Source: Octopus sinensis (taxonomy: Eukaryota). Taken from it: a DNA stretch of 64,000 nt. Each line of letters opens with the position of its first letter. Position 1 is the stretch's first letter. The stretch spans positions 18,290,001 through 18,354,000 of the forward strand of contig NC_043015.1 in assembly GCF_006345805.1 (NCBI RefSeq), read 5' to 3'. Position numbers and translations under genes: made by a program. Below, piece by piece: positions 36,646-51,044 of this stretch. Under the pieces are notes generated by a model, which searched no databases, was not told the DNA's origin, and saw only the letters and a list, made by a program, of their open reading frames with translations.

Positions 36646-36783
36646 CCAATAACACACTCAGCGAATGCTCCATAAAAGATGACATATTGGTGCCAAGTAG
36701 TATGGTGCACCCAATGCAGTCGCAAGATTTTTAACAAACACAATAAAGCAGTAATGGAGGCAAGGGCACCCAACACACCATTT
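36646..36783 (-). CDS. Exon of 7TM gene, TM1-TM2 (KWCVGALASITALLCLLKILRLHWVHHTTWHQYVIFYGAFAECVI)
   Basis: Acceptor cattttctttcag and donor gtaagt; 138 nt, phase 2/2. Confidence 0.88.
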
Positions 36784-36898
36784 CTGAAAGAAAATGTTTT
36801 AGATAGTTTAATCTCTTATTATAAAAGGCAGATTTTATCTGCCTCCCTTTGGGAGTTATACAAATCTACAATATAGGATTTCTTCAATTACAATTTAC

Positions 36899-36958
36899 CT
36901 AGCAATTTTAAGAGTACAATGCATCGTGTCATGCCAGCTCCAGTTTTTAAAATTTAAA
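36899..36958 (-). CDS. Tentative upstream exon of 7TM gene (LNFKNWSWHDTMHCTLKIA(R)); may hold the start ATG
   Basis: Donor AG/gtaaat is phase 2 and leaves a 115-nt intron to the next exon; the acceptor (ggag) is weak and the 5' boundary is uncertain. Confidence 0.45.
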
Positions 36959-37424
36959 CTCCAATTAAGCAAAATTTACAGAAAACTCACATTCTGGTAT
37001 GTGTGTCAAATGCTTTTCTTAGTCTGGTTTACAGCACACGCAAACGCACACACACACTGTGTAACGAATAAAATGAAACTAGATATAATATTTGTTTCTG
37101 TCTATCACGCTGATAGATACATGAGTAAAATGTATGGGAAGCTAACAAATAAGAGTGAGTGAAAATGTTCTTGGAAGAGAGTAAATTTGAAGCTTGAGAA
37201 CAATCAGATACATTTGCAACACATCTGTTGAAAATATTATTGTTCACACACATACATATACATATATACATACAGACAGACAGACAGATAGACACACACA
37301 CACACACACACATGATCCAGCATGGCCACAACCTCAAGGCTGAAACATATAAAAGAATAACAGAATATAAATGTGTGCATGTGTGTGAGAGAGAGAGTGT
37401 GTGTGTATATGTATGTATGTATGT

Positions 37425-38035
37425 ATATATATATAATAATGCGGTTTTTTCAACAGCTTGAACTAAAAGTCAGAGTGGAATGGGATAAACTACTTATATT
37501 AACTTGCTATAAAAGCAGGTAGTAATTTTATCTTGTCCTTATTCATAGTGCAAGTTTTGAAGAGTGCATTTCGATTTTAACAGCTATTTTTTTCAAAGCT
37601 ATGTTGGAAGTAACAAAGGAGCATATTTGGCATATTTTGCTTTATGAGTTCAATAAAGACAACAACGCAACGGAAAGTACAAGAAATATTAATGCAGTAT
37701 ATGGGGATTGGACAATAAGCGTAAGGCAGTGTCAATGGTGGTTCCAGAAATTCCGAGCCATAAACTACAGCCTAGAAGACGAGCCTCATCCTGAAAGATC
37801 TGTAGAACTCGACAAGGACATCCTGAAAACCCTGGTGGAACAAAATCTCATCGTAACTGTTGAGGAACTAGCAGAGAAGCTTGGATTTGGTCATTCAACC
37901 ATTCATTGAGACCTGTGTGCTATCGGAAAAGTCAGCAAATTGGGTCAATGGGTTCCTCACGAACTTTCCGAGTCTAATTGCATGCAGAGAGTGAATGTAT
38001 GCTTTTCTTTGCTGTCACATCTCACCACTACTGCG
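37425..38035 (+). mobile_element. Truncated mariner (Mos1/SETMAR-like) transposon, 5' part
   Basis: HILLYEFNK..NATESTRNINAVYG..SVRQCQWWFQKFR..LEDEP, then *DLCAIGKVSKLGQWVPHELS (WVPHEL motif). Confidence 0.88.
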
Positions 38036-38044
38036 CTATGTATA

Positions 38045-38681
38045 TCTATATATATAAAACTGTAGTTGTGTGAGTGTCTGTCCCCTTCGATTTAGATTCC
38101 TAACTACTCCCACATTTTGCGGTGCAGTTTAACCAAATTCGGGTAGCTTATAGTCGTGATTCATATCGAGCCCGTCTGAGTATTAGCGCGCGTCTACGAT
38201 GAGTCTACGATTTTAAAAATAATTTAACATCATTTTTTATTCCATTTTAATGCATAATTTTTCGTGTGTCGATGGCGGCGGAGTTGGCGTCCACGCTCAC
38301 ACCTGCACCTGTGGGGAAGGGAGTGTAAGGAAATGAACGTCGTAATGCGTTGTCAAGGAGACCAGCATTCTTTTAGAACAACGACTTCATGGCTTGAAGA
38401 CACCAAAACAGAAATGGCTAAGAAAGCGTCTACATGAGTCTACGATTTAAAAAAAAATTTACCATCGTTTTTTTTCCATTTTAATGCATTTTTTCGCTAT
38501 TATATAAGGGAAGTAACTCTCTAAAAATGTCTACGATGAGTCAACGATTTAAAAAAAAATTTACCATCATATTTTTTCCATTTTTAATGCATTTTTTGCT
38601 ATTTTTTGGCTATAACTCTCTAAAAATGCTTATATAGTTATTTCCCTTACAAACCCGAGCAACGCCGGGCGATACTGCTAG
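38045..38681 (+). mobile_element. Complete non-autonomous Helitron-like element
   Basis: 5' TC after a host A; 3' GC-rich hairpin CCCGAGCAACGCCGGG (38654-38669), then CTAG (38678-81) before a host T; no TSD or TIR. Confidence 0.85.
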
Positions 38682-40059
38682 TACTTAATAAGAGGTGAAG
38701 AAAGGCTGAATACTGCAAATAGGTAGTCATAAGAGTACTAGGATAAAAACTCAGTATTTTAGTCAACATAATAAATTATATAGAATTATAACTGTTCAAC
38801 TAAATAGTGAAGTAATTACTTAGTGGTTATTAGACTATCTGGAAATATAATTATGCATTTGTGCAAATTCAAAGAACTTAGTGTCACATTTATATTTTAC
38901 AAATCTGATACAGATTTATGGAACTCAAGAGTACTTGCAGGTTCATGCCACACACATTAAAATACCTAATATTTAAGGGCTGTCGTACAACTCCATATAA
39001 TACCAGTGTGTTGCTAAACTACAGAGCAGTGTTTCTCAACCCATTTTGTCCCACACTCCATTGATTAAAAACAAAATAAAAACAAATATGTATCCCACCA
39101 TGATCAAAGTATATAATAAGGAGGAAGGTAGCTTTATACCAAGTGGTGAGAGGCTAAAGAATAACAGGTGGAGAGGTACAGGGTTCTTGCTAAAGAGATA
39201 TATGGCTATCTCACATTAAATAAGCAGGGATGGGAGTAGCTGGAAAGAAGACAAAGAAGTGGTGACCAGGTGTCAGAGCATATTCTCAAAGTATAGTAAG
39301 GTGAGTTCATAAAAGAATGAGAAGGGAGTGACAGATGGTTAGAGATGGGGTAGAGGTGAATGCAGTGAAAAATGAACAAGGCAGGAGGTGTAGCTGATGG
39401 TAATTATCAGTATGAGAGTGGGGGATAGTGTAAGACATAAAAGTAGCTCAAGAAGGAGGTGGTGATAAGTGGCAGCACAGGAAGAGTGAAGACTATCAGT
39501 ACAATAAGAAAGTTCCAAAAATAGGGAGAGAATGCACAGGATGGAAGAGTGAAAAGAGAGAGATGTACTGTATCAGAGAAGGAGGTCAGAGGTATACAGA
39601 AGAGTAGAGTTAGTAGGGGACAAAGATGAGGTGCAGTTGATAGCAGATATAAGAGGATGTTGAGAATGACAGTGGATACAAGTGGGTGTTAAAGATGAGG
39701 CATGGCAATCCTAAGATATAACTCAGAAGGAAAGGAGAGATAACTGGAGGCACAGGAAAGGGTAATCGGTGGAAAATAAAGTAGGAAGGTATGATGTTGA
39801 AAATAAGAGGAGGATTTTAAAGGGAAGTAGTGTCGGGGGAACCAGCTGGTAGCACAAAAGGGGATGAAATATGTGCATATTTTGCTCTCATGTAATTACA
39901 GTAGCTGAATAGTGTTGTAGTTAGAAGAGTGATGTGGAGATGAGTATTGGAAAGATGAGAAGTGGGAGATTAGGTGAGTGTACAAACATAAATACAATGA
40001 TTTTAGGCTCTCATATTTTCTATAAGGGACAGTTTTTCTCAAGCATAGTAAATACATAT

Positions 40060-40500
40060 AATAGCTTCACTCCTTTCTAGTCTTTGCATGTCCTCTGCAT
40101 TCAGGACCCATGTTTCAACAACCATATAGTATACAAATGTCATTCTGAGAGAGAGGTCTTTTGTTCTCAACAAAGGTAATATAAATGAATTTTCTCCATT
40201 CTGTCCTTATTCTAGCAACTGTACTTTCAGAATTTCCTCAGCTGCTAATTAGGTAATAGAAACTATTTAATACCTTTGGGGAACCACCTGGGGATTTGAT
40301 AAAATCTATTTCCTCCAATCTGTATACTAAATTCATTTCTTCATAGCTTTCACCTTACTGACAGCACCCCTGAACATGGCTTGTATGGTTCTCACAAACC
40401 GTTTGTCAACCCCTGGCTTCCTCAGAGACTACCAGATCATAGCATGAGGGACTCTGTTGAAGACTTTCTCCAAGTTAACAAACATCAAGTACAATTTTTA
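40060..40500 (-). mobile_element. Decayed RTE RT fragment
   Basis: Similar by eye to 15760-16600 (FDRVP region, AVSKVK). Confidence 0.6.
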
Positions 40501-41589
40501 ATAAATTGCATTGTAATTTATTAACAATTTCATATATTTTAAATAAAATTTTCAAGTTGAAAACATTATTTTATGCCATTTTAACAACTATTCTGTATTT
40601 ATTACCATTCATTTTCAGCAATAATTACAAAATATTGTTTATGAAGGTATTAAAATAATGCTTGTAATTTTAAAATATTTAATTCGTTTTAAAATTGAAC
40701 TTTTTAGGAAACTGTAATGCGAATGAAAGACAAAATAAAAGGTATGGCTATGTGGTAATACAGTTCACCACATAACCATATGAATTCAGATACCATCCAA
40801 CTAGATGACATCTTGCGTATCTTCTACTATAGATATGAGTGCACCAATAACTTGTAAAATTAGTGGATGGAAAATGTATGGAAGCCTGTTTGGCTTCCAT
40901 GGTTGTTTGTTGACAACTTTTTCTGCCATGTAAGGGTAATATTTCTACTATTCTACATTTTTAATGGCAATGCTGTGTTCAAAAATATCACCTTCTTGTC
41001 TATATCATACAATACACATTGGACACTTCTAATAAAAACAAATGTAAGTTTGTTTATACATACACATGTGGTTGATACAAAAGCATATAAAATTATAGTC
41101 ATCAAATTCTGTTGTTTGATCTAATGGTACACAAAAATATCTTAAGCATGATTAATGGTACTAATAGTATTAAAATATGCTAGGCTACCAAAATAGGATT
41201 CATGGATCTTATTATTAATAATTAAGCTCTAAATTATAGGGTTATAGATACATATCAAGCACTTGGAGAAGACATAGCACTGGTTTAACGCATAAGAAAG
41301 TTCAATTAATAACATCATTGATGCATTTTAAGATTTCTAACAATTCCAAACAACAGTGATTGCAACCATATCTATCACTAACATAAAGCTTAGCATGTCT
41401 CGGTGATGTTCCATGTTAGATGAAAATTGATATTTTGGATCTTTAATACCTGGAACTTCATGGAGAGTGATGTTTTCACTTTATCTCTCCTAAATGTATG
41501 AAGATGATGATATAATTGTGATTTAAAAAGGAAGAAATGATTTTGTTGTGAGCATACCCCTAGATAAAAAATGGGTGGATAAAGTGATT

Positions 41590-43215
41590 GAGGTAGTGCG
41601 TGATGGGATATTTATACTTAAACCAGTTTTACAATAGTAGTAAAGCAACTATTATTTCTGCCTATACTCCTCAACTAGGACTGTCAGATAAACAAAAGGA
41701 TCAGTTTTATGATACCATTCTGCAGACTACCAAGACAACAAATGACAGAGACTTTATTTTCAAAACTGGTAACTTCAATGGGCATGTTGGACTGCACTTG
41801 GGTGAATTCTATGGTGTACATGAAGGCTATGAAACTGGTTCCTGAAATGAGGAGGGAACAATCTTCTGGAGTTTTGTGATGCAAATAACCTAATGATCAG
41901 CAACATTTCAGGAAACCTGCCAGTTGCCTTTCACCTATCAATCTGGTTGCCTCACAAGCCTAATTGATTACATTCTCACCAGAAAGCAAGAAAGATGGTT
42001 GCTTATAAAAGCAAAGACCTTCACAGATTAGTCAGTAGTGACTTCAGAAGGATTCCAAGAAGCAAACCAGTCCAGAAAAGTAAGAACTGGAACCTTAAGG
42101 ATCTTTTGAATGGTCAGAGATTTAGAGATGTCTTAGTCAAAGCATTTGATGAGGAGGAGATAGCGACATAGAAGACAACTGGAAGTTTCTGCAAGAAAAC
42201 TTACTGAGAACTATAGACAAAATTTGTGGCTGTGCAAGGTCCCTGCAAGATCAAGGATAACATGGTGGTGGAACATTGTAGTTGACAGAGCTATAAGAGT
42301 GAAGAAACAGAACTGGAAGACTGGTAAGGGTGGCAGCAGAGAATGATACCAGGTAAACGAAACCTGAAGAGAACGATACCAGGAAAGCTAGACAACAGGT
42401 ATATTTAAAGGAGAAGCAGAAAAGAAGTTTGCCAATGTTCTATGGTTTGAGGACCGGAAGCATCAGGTATTCTGGAGTGCAAGACAGTGTATCAGAAAAA
42501 ATTGTGACATTGTAGGAGAGAATTGTTTACAGAAAGATAATAGTGATTTTGAAAACAAAGAATCGTGGAAGTGCCATTATGAAAAGCTGCTAAATGTGAA
42601 GAATACATGGGAGAAGGAGAGTCTTCCTAGTGTGGACTTAACAGAGAGATTAGCTATCTGATGTATGGTAAATAAAGCATTTAAGGATATGAAGGCAGGG
42701 AAAGCCTCTGGCCCATCAGAAATCACCACTGAGAAGCTTAAAATACTGGGCTTTGTGGTATATGACCTAGTCACCTGTATAGTTAATCAGATTGTCCAGA
42801 AAAAGTTATACCCAATGACTGGCATCAGTCACTGTTACAAAGGTAAAGGTGATGCCTTGGACAGAAGTAATTACAGAGATAGGGATAGATGAGTGGTTGG
42901 TGAGATCTGTCCAAGCAGTGTACAGAGATACTGTCAGTAATGTGAAAGTCGACAATGAATATAACAATGAATTTAGTGTACAGGTAGGAGTTCACGAAGG
43001 ATTGGTTCCCAATCCCCTCTTGTTTATCATAGCTCTCTAGGCCATAACAGAGAGAGATTTAAAGCTATTTTCCCTGGAGAGCTCTTCTATGCTAATGACC
43101 TTGTTCTTACTGCTGAATCTGTACCAGTATTAGAATAATTTCAGGTGTGGAAGCACAGCCTAGGACAAATGGGCCTTAGAGTTAATTTAGCAAAGACCAA
43201 AGTGCTAATAAGCAA
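41590..43215 (+). mobile_element. Degenerate RTE LINE (APE and RT remnants with internal deletions)
   Basis: IISAYTPQLGL..KDQFYD..GNFNGHVG; KAFKDMKAGKASGPSEIT; KGKGDALDRSNYR; LFYANDLVL. Confidence 0.82.
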
Positions 43216-43247
43216 GCACTGTTTGATATGTAGAAATTATTTAATTA

Positions 43248-44760
43248 CACTGGTCAACAGCCAATTTTCATCAGGGATATTATATGGTATTTTATAAGTA
43301 GTTTTGTCCGAAGATTTCAAAAATGTAATCAGTTTCCTTCTATCAGGCACAGTTTTTCTGATGAGATAAGAGAAGTATATAACTCCCATCAGCAGTATCG
43401 CTACAGGTAAACGTCTTATACAGGTAAATTCTAACTTCTGTTTATAACTATTTGTATTCATTTTGTAATTTTATGTTTTCATAGTCTTTTCTTTTCATAA
43501 ATTTTACTTTCTGTTTAAGGTACCAAGTCATCATCTTCATCAAATTCTACTCAGGATGTCAAGGCATCTACCAGTCAAGAAGATCTACCAGTTATACCTT
43601 GGTTGCTCTCTCAGAGTATCATCTGCTCAGCTTGTTCAAATGGAGTAAGGGATTGGCTAAATAAGAGGAAGAGAGCAATGCCATTTGCAATACCTATGAT
43701 ATGGAGAGAGCCAAAGGATCATTTCATGGACGGTTATTTCTGCAACGTTAATGAATGTGGGTTTACTGTAATGACCAAGCATAAGATTGTGTATCCCAAC
43801 TTGGAATCAGCAAGAAGATGAGTACCACACAATGATGATGATCTTCCTATTCCAATACCACCAGAAAGATGTATTTCCTGAAGAAAATACTACTGCTGTG
43901 GAAGACACCGAAGTGGATGCAAATTTCATGATTGAAAATGAAGACGTACCACAGAAATTTTCTCAAGGAGAGTTAAATGATTTAGTTAGAGACTTGTCAT
44001 TGTCGAAGGATAAAGCTGAACTATTAGCATCTCGCCTACAAGAAAGGTGTCTGCTTAAGAAAGATGTTTGTATTACTCATTTCAGGAAGAGAAATAGGGA
44101 TCTGACTTCATGCTTCTCTGTTGATGGACCACTTTGTTTCAGTAATAACACTGATGAGTTATTTCACTGTTTGTTCCAAGAGCATGTTCCAGCTGAATGG
44201 CGCTTATTCATTGATTCATCTAAGAAAAGTCTCAGGGCAGTACTACTACGCAACGGCAATAAGAAACCATCCATTCCCAGAGGATATTCAGTGCACACGA
44301 AGGAGTCTTATGAAAACATGCAAGTACTCCTCAATGCCATAAAGTATACAAACTACAGCTGGAAAATATGTGGAGACTTGAAGTTGATTGGAATGTTTAT
44401 GGAAATACAATCTGGGTTCATGAAATATTGTTGCTTTTTATGCCTATGGGACAGTCATGCAATTAACAAGCACTATGTGCAATCAGGGTGGCCTTTGCAG
44501 AAATCATATGAACCAGGAGTTTCTAGTGTCCAGAGTAAGCCACTTTTAAACCCAGAAAATGTTCTTCTTCCTCCTTTTCACATAAAGCTTAGCCTCATAA
44601 AACAATTCGTGAAGACATTTGCCAGGAAAACCTCAAAAGGTTTTGAATATGTGAAGGCCAAATTTCCAAAAATCATCGAGGCAAAACTGAAGGAGGGCAT
44701 ATTCATAGGCCCGCAGATAAAAGAACTCCTGAAGGACAATCACTTCCTCACAGCACTGTA
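43248..44760 (+). mobile_element. Chapaev3-like DNA transposon, 3'-truncated
   Basis: Starts CACTGG after TTA; MPFAIPMIWREPKDH..YFC, ELNDLVRDLSLSK, WRLFIDSSKKSL, ICGDLK, KYCCFLCLWDS, LLPPFHIKL, GIFIGPQI. The family assignment is from recalled motifs. Confidence 0.7.
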
Positions 44761-44828
44761 AACAGCACTATATATGTATATATATATATATGTATGTATA
44801 TATATATGTATATACATATACATATATA

Positions 44829-46506
44829 CACTACCGTCAGAAATTAATTAGCACCCTTGATTTGCTCTTCACTCAAGGTATTTGCTGTCACCTAGTGGCC
44901 ATATCTTGAACTATTGCTTTGTTGCGAGTTCACTGTTGTGCAGAACGATGACGTAACTTTGTTTGCAGAGCGGTTTGAGAGTCTACAGCCTAATGATGTT
45001 GACATAGCAGTGCAACAACAACTTGGCGTGCGGATGCAGACAAATCTTCCTTTGCTTAATAGATATAGGTAGCGCCTCGCAAGGACCGAAATCACGCCGT
45101 ACTAAGTTTTCTCATCGCGTAAGACGTTTTGAACAGCTTGTAGGTTAATTGATTTGTGTATTTGCAAGATTTTTTTCCTCACAAATTCTCCTACACTCTG
45201 CTTGGTGACGTCACTTTCGGTTCACAAAGCTTTCTGTTATACATCAAATAAGGTGAGAAATTCTGCTTTATTTCTTTTTTGTTTAATGAATAATAACTCA
45301 TAGCAGTTTTGTTATAGCATAACATTATTCAAATGAATAGTTTTAATGAAAATAACTGGTTTTTATCGTTCATTCCTAGATGGGCCCAAGACCTCGCATG
45401 ACCTTGGAGAGACGGTATGAGGCTCTCTCGTGGCGTGGGAAGCTGTCGGAGGTTGCAATAGCAAGAAAACTTGGTGTAGCCAGGCGCACAATTCAGTGCT
45501 TATTTAAGAAATACGAGGAAACCGGATCAGCAGCTGACAAAAAGGGAAGGGTCGGAAGAGGCTGACGACCCAGCGGGAGGAACGAATGCTGATCCGAAAG
45601 TCACTATACAACCGAAGGGCAACGAGCCGGCAACTGGCGGAGGAGATGCAAAAGATGACAGGGAAGCAGTTGTCTACAACCACCGTCAAGACCAGATTAC
45701 TGGAAGCTGGTCTAAAATCCTGTAGGGCCACCCGTAAGCCGCTCCTTACAGCCCAAAACCGGAAGAGGCGGCTGCTCTGGGCCCGTGCCCACAAGACATG
45801 GACCGTGCAGCAGTGGCAGACAGTGATGTTCACTGACGAGTCGCGATTCAGTCTCACCAGTGACAAGCCTGTCCATGTGCGATGCCGCAGGGGTGAGCGC
45901 TTCAACAAAGACTGCATTGCTCCCACCATGAAGCAAGGTGGGGGTGGTCTGATGGTGTGAGGGGCGTTCAGCTACAGTGGTGTTGGGCGGCTCTATGCAA
46001 CATCAACGCAGCAAAGTACGTTGAGATAGTGGCGAGGAGTACTGCTCCAGCAGGACAGCGCGCCTTCCCACACAGCCGAGCTCACAACCGGTTTCTTCAA
46101 GGACCATGGGGTGACGGTCATGGACTGGCCTGGCCAGTCACCTGACCTGAACCCTATTGAGAACCTCTGGAGTCGATTGGGTAGGGATTTGAATGTGCAA
46201 CATACAGGAACCGACACGAGCTGTTTGGGGCACTTCTTGCTGCATGGGGGGCCATCCCTGCACAGTACCTGCAGGCACTCATAGACAGCATGCCGACCCC
46301 CGTAGCAGCTGTCATTGCTGCCAAAGGAGGAGCAACAAGATATTGACTAAATTTCACGATAATAACAATTATGTGGTGTGCTGGGATATGTTTTAATAAA
46401 TTTTTGATTAAAACGAGTTCGTTTCTGATAATAAGTTACTTACATTAAGAAAATGTAAGAAAATGTAAAAAATTTGAGAAGTGCTAATTAATTTCCGACG
46501 CAAGTG
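44829..46506 (+). mobile_element. Full-length but frameshifted Tc1 transposon (second family, short TIRs)
   Basis: TA TSD at 44827-28 and 46507-08; ~26-bp TIR CACT(AC/TG)CGTC(A/G)GAAATTAATTAGCAC; transposase pieces 45380-46330 with FTDESRF, GGGLMV*G, QDSAP and WPGQSPDLNPIENLW. Confidence 0.92.
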
Positions 46507-46554
46507 TATATATATATACATATACATATATATATACGTATACATATATATACA

Positions 46555-46588
<34 letters not shown>

Positions 46589-46618
46589 CATATACATATA
46601 TATATATATACATATACA

Positions 46619-46656
<38 letters not shown>

Positions 46657-46959
46657 CATATATATACATATACATATATATATATATTTACATATATATA
46701 TACATATACATATCATCATCATCATCATCATCATTTAGCGTCCGTTTTCCATGCTAGCATGGGTTGGACGGTTCTACTGGGGTCTGTGAAGCCAGAAGGC
46801 TTCATCAGGCCCAGTCAAATCTGGTAGTGTTTCTACGGCTGGATGCCCTTCCTAACGCCAACCACTCCGTGAGTGTAGTGGGTGCTTTTTACGTGCCACC
46901 CGCACTGGTGCCAGACAGAGCTGGCAAGCGGCCACGAACGGATGGTGCTTTTTATATAC

Positions 46960-46990
<31 letters not shown>

Positions 46991-47061
46991 CATACATATA
47001 TACATATACATATATATATATATACATACATATATACATATACATACATATATACATATAC

Positions 47062-47093
<32 letters not shown>

Positions 47094-47327
47094 TATACAT
47101 ACATATATATATATATACATATACATATATAATATATATACATATACATATATATATATACATATACATATATATATAACATACATGTATATATATATAC
47201 ATATATATATATATACATATCTATATATATATACATTAATATATATATACATATATATATATATACATATATATATATACATATATATATATATCATATA
47301 TATATATATACATATATATACAAACAC

Positions 47328-47362
<35 letters not shown>

Positions 47363-47413
47363 CATATATATATATATTACATATATATATACATATATAT
47401 ATATTATATACAC

Positions 47414-47451
<38 letters not shown>

Positions 47452-47489
47452 ATATATATACAACATATATATTATATACATATATATAC

Positions 47490-47544
<55 letters not shown>

Positions 47545-47584
47545 CATATATATATATACAAATATATATAATAATATATTATAC

Positions 47585-47616
<32 letters not shown>

Positions 47617-47900
47617 TATAGATACATTATATATATACATATATATATATATATACATTATATATATACATATATATATATATATAACATATATATAATT
47701 ATACATATATATATATATACATATATAATATATACACATATAATATATACATCATATATATATATATATATACACACATATATATATACTCATATATACC
47801 TATATATATATATACACATATAGATATACATATATATATATACCACATATAATATACATATATATATATATACACATATATATATATACACATATAATAT

Positions 47901-47943
<43 letters not shown>

Positions 47944-49263
47944 ATATAATATATATTATAATATACATATATATATATACACATATATATATATATATTT
48001 TAATCCAAAGGGAAACAAAAAAACAACAACAACAGGACAATTACAGTATTATTATTAATAGGCGCTCAGGAGATGGAAGCAGGGAGGTATGACGTTCGAG
48101 CGGAGCTCTTCGTCGGAAACATAAAGAAGGAAGAGAGAGGAAAGAAGATCCAGAGCGGGCAACAGGGAAAGAGAAAAAAACGACTGGTGTTTACACGAGT
48201 TGCACATGTGAAAGGCGGATGTTGACGATAACAGAGCAAAGTGGGTTTTTAAAAAGGCAAAAGAGTGGAGACAAGGTTGGTAACCAACAGATGTGTGTTA
48301 TGTGTGAGTGTGTGCATGTGCGTGTGTGTATGTGTGTGTTGTGAGGCGAGATGAAAAAACAAAAAAATATATGTGTGTGTTAGTGTGCGTCTGTGTGTAG
48401 GCGTGTGAGGTAGGGCGAGACTGTGGTCAGCTAGCAGACAAGAAAAAGAAGGAAGAGGAAGGGAGGTCAGTATAAGAAAAAGAAGGAAGGAGGAAGGGAG
48501 GGAGGGGAAGGGTGGGGGCGTATGTAGCGTGCCAGCGTGTGTTGAGTAGTAGTGTGTGTGTGTGTCCAGTGTCGTGGTGGTATTAATGAGTAGATTGAAT
48601 GTGTGTAAAGTGATGTATATATATAGGCAAGGTGTGTATATGTGTGGCGCGTGTGTGTAACGAAAAAGGGGGGGGGGTTTAAGGAAAAAGGACTCCAGCT
48701 GAGGGAAGATGGAAGAGTGGTACCGCGGAGACAGGCGTGAAAACCCAACGACACGCGACGGTGCCAGGACGGGCGGGAGGTCTCGTCAGGTCCAAGGGCG
48801 AGGTGTATGCGACGCGTATGCAACGCGAGCCGGCGTAAGTGCGTATTGCGCGTGCCTGCGAATATGCGCGTACGTATGTATGTGTGTGGATGTGTGAGTG
48901 TGTCTGTGTGTATATGTCTGGGTGGCAGTGTGTCCGATGAATGTATGTGAGTATGTGTGTATGTATGTGTGTGCATAGATGTATGTCCGGTGTGTGTGTG
49001 TATGTGTGTGAGTGTGTATGTATGTACGTGTGGGTGTGGGAAGTGTGTGTATGTGCATGTGTGTGCGCGTACATACAGGTGTGTGAGTGAGTGTGTGTGT
49101 GTGTATGTAATGTGTGAGTGTGTATGTATGTGTGTGTCGGATGCATGTATGTGTATGGGTGTATGTATGCGTGTGTGTATGTATGTATGTGTACGTGCGT
49201 GTGTGTGTGTGTATGCGTGTAGGTGTGCGCGTGTGCATGCATGCATGCATGTGCGTATGTGTG

Positions 49264-49342
<79 letters not shown>

Positions 49343-49760
49343 AATATATATAATATACATATATATATTATACATATACAATATATACATATAATATATT
49401 ATATATATACATAATATACATATACTTATATATATATATACATTATATATATATATACATATTATATACATATATATATACATATATATATATATAATAT
49501 ATATATACATATATATATACATATATATATAATATATCATATATATATACATATATATTATAAAAATATATACAATATATATATATATATATATATACAT
49601 ATATAATATATATATACATATATATATACATATATATATACATATATATATATACTATATATATACATATATTATATCATATATATACATATATAAATAT
49701 ACATATATATATCATATACATATATATATCATATATATATATATACATATATATATATAC

Positions 49761-49791
<31 letters not shown>

Positions 49792-49818
49792 CATATTTAC
49801 ATTTATTTATATAGATAC

Positions 49819-49903
<85 letters not shown>

Positions 49904-50913
49904 ATATATACATATATATATATAAACATATATATATACATATATACATATATATACAAGATATATACATATATATATACATATATATTACACATATATA
50001 ATATATATATGACATATATATATATAATATACATATATATATATATACATATATATATAACATAATATATACAATATATACATATACATATTCATATACA
50101 TATATATATACATATATATATACATATACATATATTATATACATATATATACATATACATAATATATATACATATATATACATAACATATACATTATATA
50201 CATACATATACATATATATATATACATATACATATACATATTACATATACATATATCTATATATACATATACATATAGACTATTATATATACATATACAT
50301 ATATACATATATATACATATACATATATACATATATTATATATACATATACATATATATACATATATATATATATACATATATATATACATATATACATA
50401 TACATATATATACCATATATATATCATATATATATACATATATATATATACATATATACCTATATACATATATATACATATATACATATATACATATATA
50501 TATATACATATACATATATATATAATATATATATATACATATATATATCATATATATATACCTATATATATACACATATATATATACATATATATATATA
50601 TACATATATATATATACATATATATATATACATATATACATATACATATATATATATACATATATACAATATATACATATTACATATATATACATATATA
50701 CATATATATACATATACATATAATACATATATACATATATACATATATATACATATATACATATATATACATATTACATATATATATATTATATACATTA
50801 TATATATATAATAACATATATATATATATACTATATACATATATATACATAATATACATATATATACATATATATATATTATATATACATATATATATAT
50901 ATATACATATTAC

Positions 50914-50944
<31 letters not shown>

Positions 50945-50998
50945 TATAATATACATATATACATATATACATATATATATATACATATATATATATAC

Positions 50999-51044
<46 letters not shown>

